Assembly: GCA_040905425.1 (NCBI GenBank)
Contig: JBBDRO010000023.1
Location: forward strand, 1 to 10,299
DNA from: Gemmatimonadota bacterium
GTDB lineage: Bacteria > Gemmatimonadota > Gemmatimonadetes > Longimicrobiales > RSA9
Direction of reading: 5' to 3'
DNA: 10,299 nucleotides
Numbering within the stretch: the stretch's first letter is position 1; each line of letters starts with the position of its first letter. This document shows positions 5,872-10,299 of this stretch, one piece after another. A program made the position numbers and the translations under genes. The notes under the pieces are model-generated. The model saw only the letters and a list, made by a program, of their open reading frames with translations, was not told where the DNA came from and searched no databases.

Positions 5872-6603
5872 ATGAAACGTCATCTGCTCGCTACCGCCCT
5901 GTTGCTCGCCCCGGCCGCCGCCACGGCGCAGCAGGCCGAGGCTCCCCGCACCGTGAGCGTGAACGCCACCGCCACGGTCGAGCGCGCGCCCGACGAGGCC
6001 GTGCTGAACGTGGCCGTGGTCACCGAGGCCGAAACGGCCGGCCAGGCCGCCAGCGCCAACGCCGATCGCATGGCGGCCGTGGTGGCCACCCTGCGCGAGC
6101 TGGGGCTGGAGAATCGCGACATTCGTACCACCTCCTACAACCTCTCGCCGCGCTACGCGCGTACGCAGCCGCGGGAGGGCCAGACGGCGCCCATGATCGT
6201 GGGCTACACGGCCACCAACAACGTGTCCATCACAGTGGATTCCATTCCGCGCGTGGGCCCGGTCATCGACGCTGTGGTGCGGGACGGCGCCAATCGCGTG
6301 GATGGCATCTTCTTCCGCATCTCCGAACCCGAGCCGCTCCACATGGAGGCCGTGCGGCGCGCCGTGGCCCGGGCGCGCGCCGAGGCGGAGGTGCTGGCGA
6401 GCGCGGCGGGCGAGCGGCTCGGCCGCGTGCTGACCATCACCACGAGCGGCTACACTGCGCCGCCGCCGCGGCCGATGTACAACATGGATATGGTGCGTAT
6501 GGAGTCCGCACAGGCGGCGCCTACCCCCATCGAGGGCGGTGAACAGTCGGTTTCCGCGTCGGTGAGCATGGTCTTCGAACTGGTGGGCGGCGGCGCGCCG
6601 TGA
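5872..6603 (+). CDS. SIMPL (DUF541, YggE/BP26-like) domain periplasmic protein, 243 aa
   Basis: Signal peptide MKRHLLATALLLAPAAATA. SIMPL hallmarks: TVSVNATATVERAPD, IRTTSYNLSPRY, GYTATNNVSI, GANRVDGIFF, AVARARAEAEVLA, TPIEGGEQSVSASVSMVFEL. GAGGA at 5862-5866 favours ATG 5872 over ATG 5866. Confidence 0.93.
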   Translation: MKRHLLATALLLAPAAATAQQAEAPRTVSVNATATVERAPDEAVLNVAVVTEAETAGQAASANADRMAAVVATLRELGLENRDIRTTSYNLSPRYARTQPREGQTAPMIVGYTATNNVSITVDSIPRVGPVIDAVVRDGANRVDGIFFRISEPEPLHMEAVRRAVARARAEAEVLASAAGERLGRVLTITTSGYTAPPPRPMYNMDMVRMESAQAAPTPIEGGEQSVSASVSMVFELVGGGAP

Positions 6604-6627
6604 GCGCCCGCCCGTGAGGAGGAGCGC

Positions 6628-7026
6628 GTGACGACGGGCGCACGGACCGACCCCGAGACGGCGGACGCGCGCTTGCGCGGGCGCACCTACCACGTCCCCT
6701 TCGAGGACGTCTGGCAGGCGGCGCGCGCCCTGGCCGACGGCGGCCAGCGCGGCTGGACGCTGCTCACGGCGGATGACCAGGAGGGCGTCATCCTGACAAA
6801 GGCGAGCGTGCTGCTGCGCAAGACCATCGATGACGTGCGCATCACCATCCGCCTGGACGAGGACGCCCAGACCCGGGTGGACGTGCGCGCCGCGCCGCGC
6901 GAGGGCGGACGCGACTTCGGCCGCAACCGGCGCCGCATCGGGCGCTTCCTGAAACGCCTGGACGGGGAGGTTCCCCGGGCGGCGGAGCGGCGCCGGGAAG
7001 CGCGCGCGGCGGCGCCGGGCGCCTGA
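6628..7026 (+). CDS. DUF1499-like protein, 132 aa
   Basis: GTG start after GAGGAGGAG. The pattern GW......G.I......L...DDV.I......TRVDVR...R.G..DFGRN.RRI..FL..L is typical of DUF1499. The stop overlaps the next ATG (TGATG, 7024-7028). Confidence 0.8.
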   Translation: MTTGARTDPETADARLRGRTYHVPFEDVWQAARALADGGQRGWTLLTADDQEGVILTKASVLLRKTIDDVRITIRLDEDAQTRVDVRAAPREGGRDFGRNRRRIGRFLKRLDGEVPRAAERRREARAAAPGA

Positions 7027-7931
7027 TGCGCGTGCTGGACTTCCACACCCATCCCTGGCGCCCCGCCGACCTGGCCGCCGCCACGCGCGGCTTCATCGAG
7101 CGCATCTCACCGGCCGTGCGGCGGCACGGCGAGCGCCTGTCGGACCCCGTCCACGCGGCGGAGCTGCTGCGCGCCGAGGGGATCGAGCGGGCCGTAGTGC
7201 TGCCGGAGCACTGCCCCGCCACCTCCGGCGTGGTGCGCACGGAGGCGGTGCTCGAGCACTGCGCCGCGGCCCCCGACGTACTGCTGCCCTTCGCCAGCGT
7301 GGACCCGGTGAGCGACGCCGAGCCCGCCGCGCTGCTCCGCGCTTACATTGCCGCGGGCGTGCGCGGGCTCAAGCTCTACCCGTCCTACCAGTTCTACTAT
7401 CCGAACGAGCCGCGCGTCTACCCGCTCTACGAGGCGTGCGCGGCGGCGGGCATTCCCGTGCTGCTGCACATCGGCAGTTCGGTGATCCCCGGCACGCGCC
7501 TCAAGTACTGCGACCCCATCCACCTGGATGACGTGGCCGTGGACTTTCCCACGCTGCCCATCGTCATGGCGCACGGCGGGCGCGGCTACTGGCACGCCGA
7601 GTGTGCCTTCCTGGCGCGCCACCACGCCAACGTGTGGATCGACGTGGCCGGCCTGGTGCCGGAGCAATTGCCGCGGCTCTTTCCCGCTTTCGAGCGGGTG
7701 GCGGAGAAGATGATCTTCGGCAGTGACTGGCCCGCCATGCCGCGCAGTCCCGGCGCCAACGTGGAGACCATCGCGGGGCTGGGTCTGCCCGACGCCACGC
7801 TCGCGGGGCTGCTGCATGACAACGCCGCCGCCCTCCTGGGTGAACCCGCGCGGGCGGGCGGAGCGGAAATTGCGACCTCCGCGCGCCACGCCAGTGGGCC
7901 ACCCGAGCACCCTCGAACCACGGACCGATGA
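7026..7931 (+). CDS. Amidohydrolase-superfamily (amidohydro_2-type) metal-dependent hydrolase, 301 aa
   Basis: DFHTH (HxH), GLKLYP, YPLYEAC...IPVLLHIG, VMAHGG and IFGSDWP motifs. Start and stop overlap the flanking genes. Confidence 0.93.
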   Translation: MRVLDFHTHPWRPADLAAATRGFIERISPAVRRHGERLSDPVHAAELLRAEGIERAVVLPEHCPATSGVVRTEAVLEHCAAAPDVLLPFASVDPVSDAEPAALLRAYIAAGVRGLKLYPSYQFYYPNEPRVYPLYEACAAAGIPVLLHIGSSVIPGTRLKYCDPIHLDDVAVDFPTLPIVMAHGGRGYWHAECAFLARHHANVWIDVAGLVPEQLPRLFPAFERVAEKMIFGSDWPAMPRSPGANVETIAGLGLPDATLAGLLHDNAAALLGEPARAGGAEIATSARHASGPPEHPRTTDR

Positions 7932-10299
7932 CGCCGCCACGCCGCCGCGCCGAGCGCTACCCTCTCCTGCCGCTGCGCAGCACGGCCGTCTATCCCATGG
8001 CCGTGCTGGGCGTGCAGATCGGTATGCCGAGCACGCTGGAGATGCTCTCGGCCCATCCCGGCCCCGGCCTGCTGGCCGGACTGGTGGTGGCGCCCGGCGA
8101 GCCGGACGATGCCATCGAGCCGCACACGCTGCACAAAGTGGGCGTGCTGGTGCGCGTCTCCGACCGCCTGAACCTGCCGAGCGGCGCCATGCAGGCCACG
8201 CTGCAGGGCGTGCGGCGCGTGCGCCTGCGCGGCGTGAAGGAGCAGGCGGGCTACCTCACCGCCCTGGTGGACGAGCTGGACGAGGAGGCGCCCGACCCGG
8301 AGCGCACGGGTGACCTCATCGCGCGTATCCTGAACGCCCTGGAAGCGCTCTCGGCGCGCGTGGACCGGCTGCCGCGCGAGGTGCCGCGCATCCTGCGCAT
8401 GAACCTGGGTGATCCCGGTCGCTTCGCGGATCTGGTGGCGTCGCTGGCCAACTTCAGTGTGGCCGAGAAGGACGCCATGGTGCAGCTCGTGGACGTGGGT
8501 GAGCGGCTGGACTTTGCCTGCCATCAACTCGAGGAGCAGCTGGCCGACCTCGAGCCGGCGGGGGAAGGCGCCGCCCCGGCGGCGGAGGTGCAGGAAGCGC
8601 CGGCCGAGGCCCCGCAGCCCCGCACGCCCGCCGAGCGCGCCAACCTGCTGCGCCAGCGCATCCAGGCGTTGCAGGCCGAGCTGGGCCAGGTGGACCCGCT
8701 CGAGCGCGAGGTCATCGAGCTGCTGCGCCGGGTGGACGCCGCCGACCTGCCGGCCGCCGTGGCCGCGCAGGCCCGCATGGAGGCCGAACGCCTGCGCGCC
8801 ATCCAGCCCGGCAGCCTGGAGGGCAACGACGTGCGCAGCTACGTGGACTGGCTGGGCAGCCTGCCGTGGCGCGCCGAGGCGGCCGAGTCCCCCGGAGACA
8901 TCGACCTGGGCGCGGTGCAGCGGGAGCTGGACGAGGCCATCCTCGGGCTGGACGACCAGAAGGAGCGCCTGCTCGACTACCTGGCCGTGGCCCGCCTGCG
9001 CGGCGACCTGCGCGGTCCCATCCCCTGCATCGTGGGCCCCCCGGACGTGGGCAAGAGCTCCCTGGTGGCGGCGCTCGCGCGCGGGCTGGGCCGGCCGCTG
9101 GCCCACCTCGAGCTGGGCGGCCGCGGTGAGGCGCAGCTCGTGGGCACGCGCCGCACCCGCGCCGGCGCCTCCCCGGGCAAAATCCTGGGCGCCCTGCGCG
9201 ACGCCGCCGTCCGTGACCCCGTGCTGATGCTCGGCCAGATCGACGAGATCGGCATGGGCAAGGTGGAGGGGGACCCCGTGGAGGCCATGGAGGAGGTGCT
9301 CGACTTTGACGAACGCAACGAGTTCGTGGACCGCTACCTGGACATCCCCTTCGACCTCACGCGCGTCACCTTCATTGCCACGGCCCACGACTTCTACAAG
9401 ATCCCGCGCGACCTGCGCGCACTCATGGCCGAGATCCGCATCGCCGGCTACACGGCCGAGGAGAAGATCGAGATCGCCCGCGAGCGCCTGCTGCCGCGCA
9501 TGGTGGCCGACCACGGCCTGGCGGAGCGGGACGTGAGCTTCCCCCCGGAGGGGCTCTCCTTCCTGGTGCACGGCTACGCCCGGGACGCCGGCGTGGGGCA
9601 GCTGCGCCGCAACGTGGCCACCCTGCTGCGCACCCGGGCCCGCGCCCGCGCCGGCGGTGACGACTCCACGTGGGTCTTCGAGCCGGAGCGCATCGAGAAG
9701 ATCCTGGGGCTGCCGCGCTACACCGCCACGCCCGCCGAGAGCGCGCCCGAGGTGGGCGTGGTGACCGGCCTGGCGTGGACCGCCTCCGGCGGCGAACTCA
9801 TGTTCATCGAGGCGCTGCGCATGCCCGGCAGCGGCCGCCTCATCATCACCGGCTCGCTCGGTGACGTGATGCGCGAGTCGGTCAACGCCGCCTACTCCTA
9901 CGTGCGCAGCCGCCGCGACGCGCTGGGCATCGACGACGAGACCTTCAAGGACGCCGACGTGCACGTCCACTTCCCCGTGGGCGCCATCCCCAAGGACGGC
10001 CCCTCGGCCGGCATCGCGGTGGTGCTGGCCCTGGCCTCCACGCTCTCCAACCGCCCCGTGCGCCATGACATTGCCATGACGGGCGAGGTCACGCTGCGCG
10101 GCAAGGTGCTCGAGATCGGCGGCGTAAAGGAGAAGGTGCTGGCCGCCTACCGCGCCGGCATCCACGACGTCATCCTGCCCTCCGGCAACGAGCGCGACCT
10201 GCGCGACGTGCCCGAGGACGTGCGCGAGAAGACCACCTTCCACTTCGTGGACCGCATGGACGACGTGCTGGCGCTGGCGCTGCACGGGAAGAAGCACGC
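7928..10299 (+). CDS. lon: LonA-type protease (endopeptidase La homologue) with a degenerate AAA+ module; runs off the window close to its C-terminus (>=790 aa)
   Basis: Missing from the ORF track because there is no stop in the window; translated by hand from ATG 7928 (ATGA overlap with the amidohydrolase stop). Lon N-domain: [25 protein letters not shown]. Also [13 protein letters not shown] and [18 protein letters not shown]+ region: GPPDVGKS. Protease domain: [67 protein letters not shown]. Confidence 0.95.
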   Translation, partial: MTPPRRRAERYPLLPLRSTAVYPMAVLGVQIGMPSTLEMLSAHPGPGLLAGLVVAPGEPDDAIEPHTLHKVGVLVRVSDRLNLPSGAMQATLQGVRRVRLRGVKEQAGYLTALVDELDEEAPDPERTGDLIARILNALEALSARVDRLPREVPRILRMNLGDPGRFADLVASLANFSVAEKDAMVQLVDVGERLDFACHQLEEQLADLEPAGEGAAPAAEVQEAPAEAPQPRTPAERANLLRQRIQALQAELGQVDPLEREVIELLRRVDAADLPAAVAAQARMEAERLRAIQPGSLEGNDVRSYVDWLGSLPWRAEAAESPGDIDLGAVQRELDEAILGLDDQKERLLDYLAVARLRGDLRGPIPCIVGPPDVGKSSLVAALARGLGRPLAHLELGGRGEAQLVGTRRTRAGASPGKILGALRDAAVRDPVLMLGQIDEIGMGKVEGDPVEAMEEVLDFDERNEFVDRYLDIPFDLTRVTFIATAHDFYKIPRDLRALMAEIRIAGYTAEEKIEIARERLLPRMVADHGLAERDVSFPPEGLSFLVHGYARDAGVGQLRRNVATLLRTRARARAGGDDSTWVFEPERIEKILGLPRYTATPAESAPEVGVVTGLAWTASGGELMFIEALRMPGSGRLIITGSLGDVMRESVNAAYSYVRSRRDALGIDDETFKDADVHVHFPVGAIPKDGPSAGIAVVLALASTLSNRPVRHDIAMTGEVTLRGKVLEIGGVKEKVLAAYRAGIHDVILPSGNERDLRDVPEDVREKTTFHFVDRMDDVLALALHGKKH

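Noticed and set aside
7586..10297. 903-aa minus-strand ORF
   Set aside because: Antisense shadow of the Lon gene caused by high-GC codon bias. It has no recognisable motifs, while the + strand frame from 7928 has clear Lon motifs.

Overview
High-GC bacterial DNA. A Gemmatimonadota-like origin is inferred from an RDSAG-motif gene remnant and was not verified. The window has two parts. (1) About 1-3060 is an accessory, decaying segment: an IS91/ISCR-type oriIS-like end (36-54), an intact 702-aa SEC-C (Zn-motif) multidomain protein, and a ~630-bp pile-up of deleted fragments. These are a cas2 relic, a type I-G(I-U)-like CRISPR mini-array (one full repeat, one 34-nt spacer, one truncated repeat) fused directly to an IS91-family HUH transposase fragment, and the 5' end of an opposite-strand secreted-protein gene. 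An intergenic 61-nt-period repeat follows. (2) 3459-10299 looks like core genome: an M20 metallo-hydrolase, a sugar-phosphate nucleotidyltransferase (-), and a tight SIMPL - DUF1499-like - amidohydrolase - Lon operon. The Lon gene (7928->10299) is absent from the supplied ORF track and is the most striking feature. It keeps LonA architecture and the Ser-Lys protease dyad, but Walker B, pore-loop Tyr, sensor-1, Arg finger and sensor-2 are all substituted and Walker A is altered, so it is a predicted ATPase-dead LonA. All family assignments come from motif recognition by eye; no searches were run.
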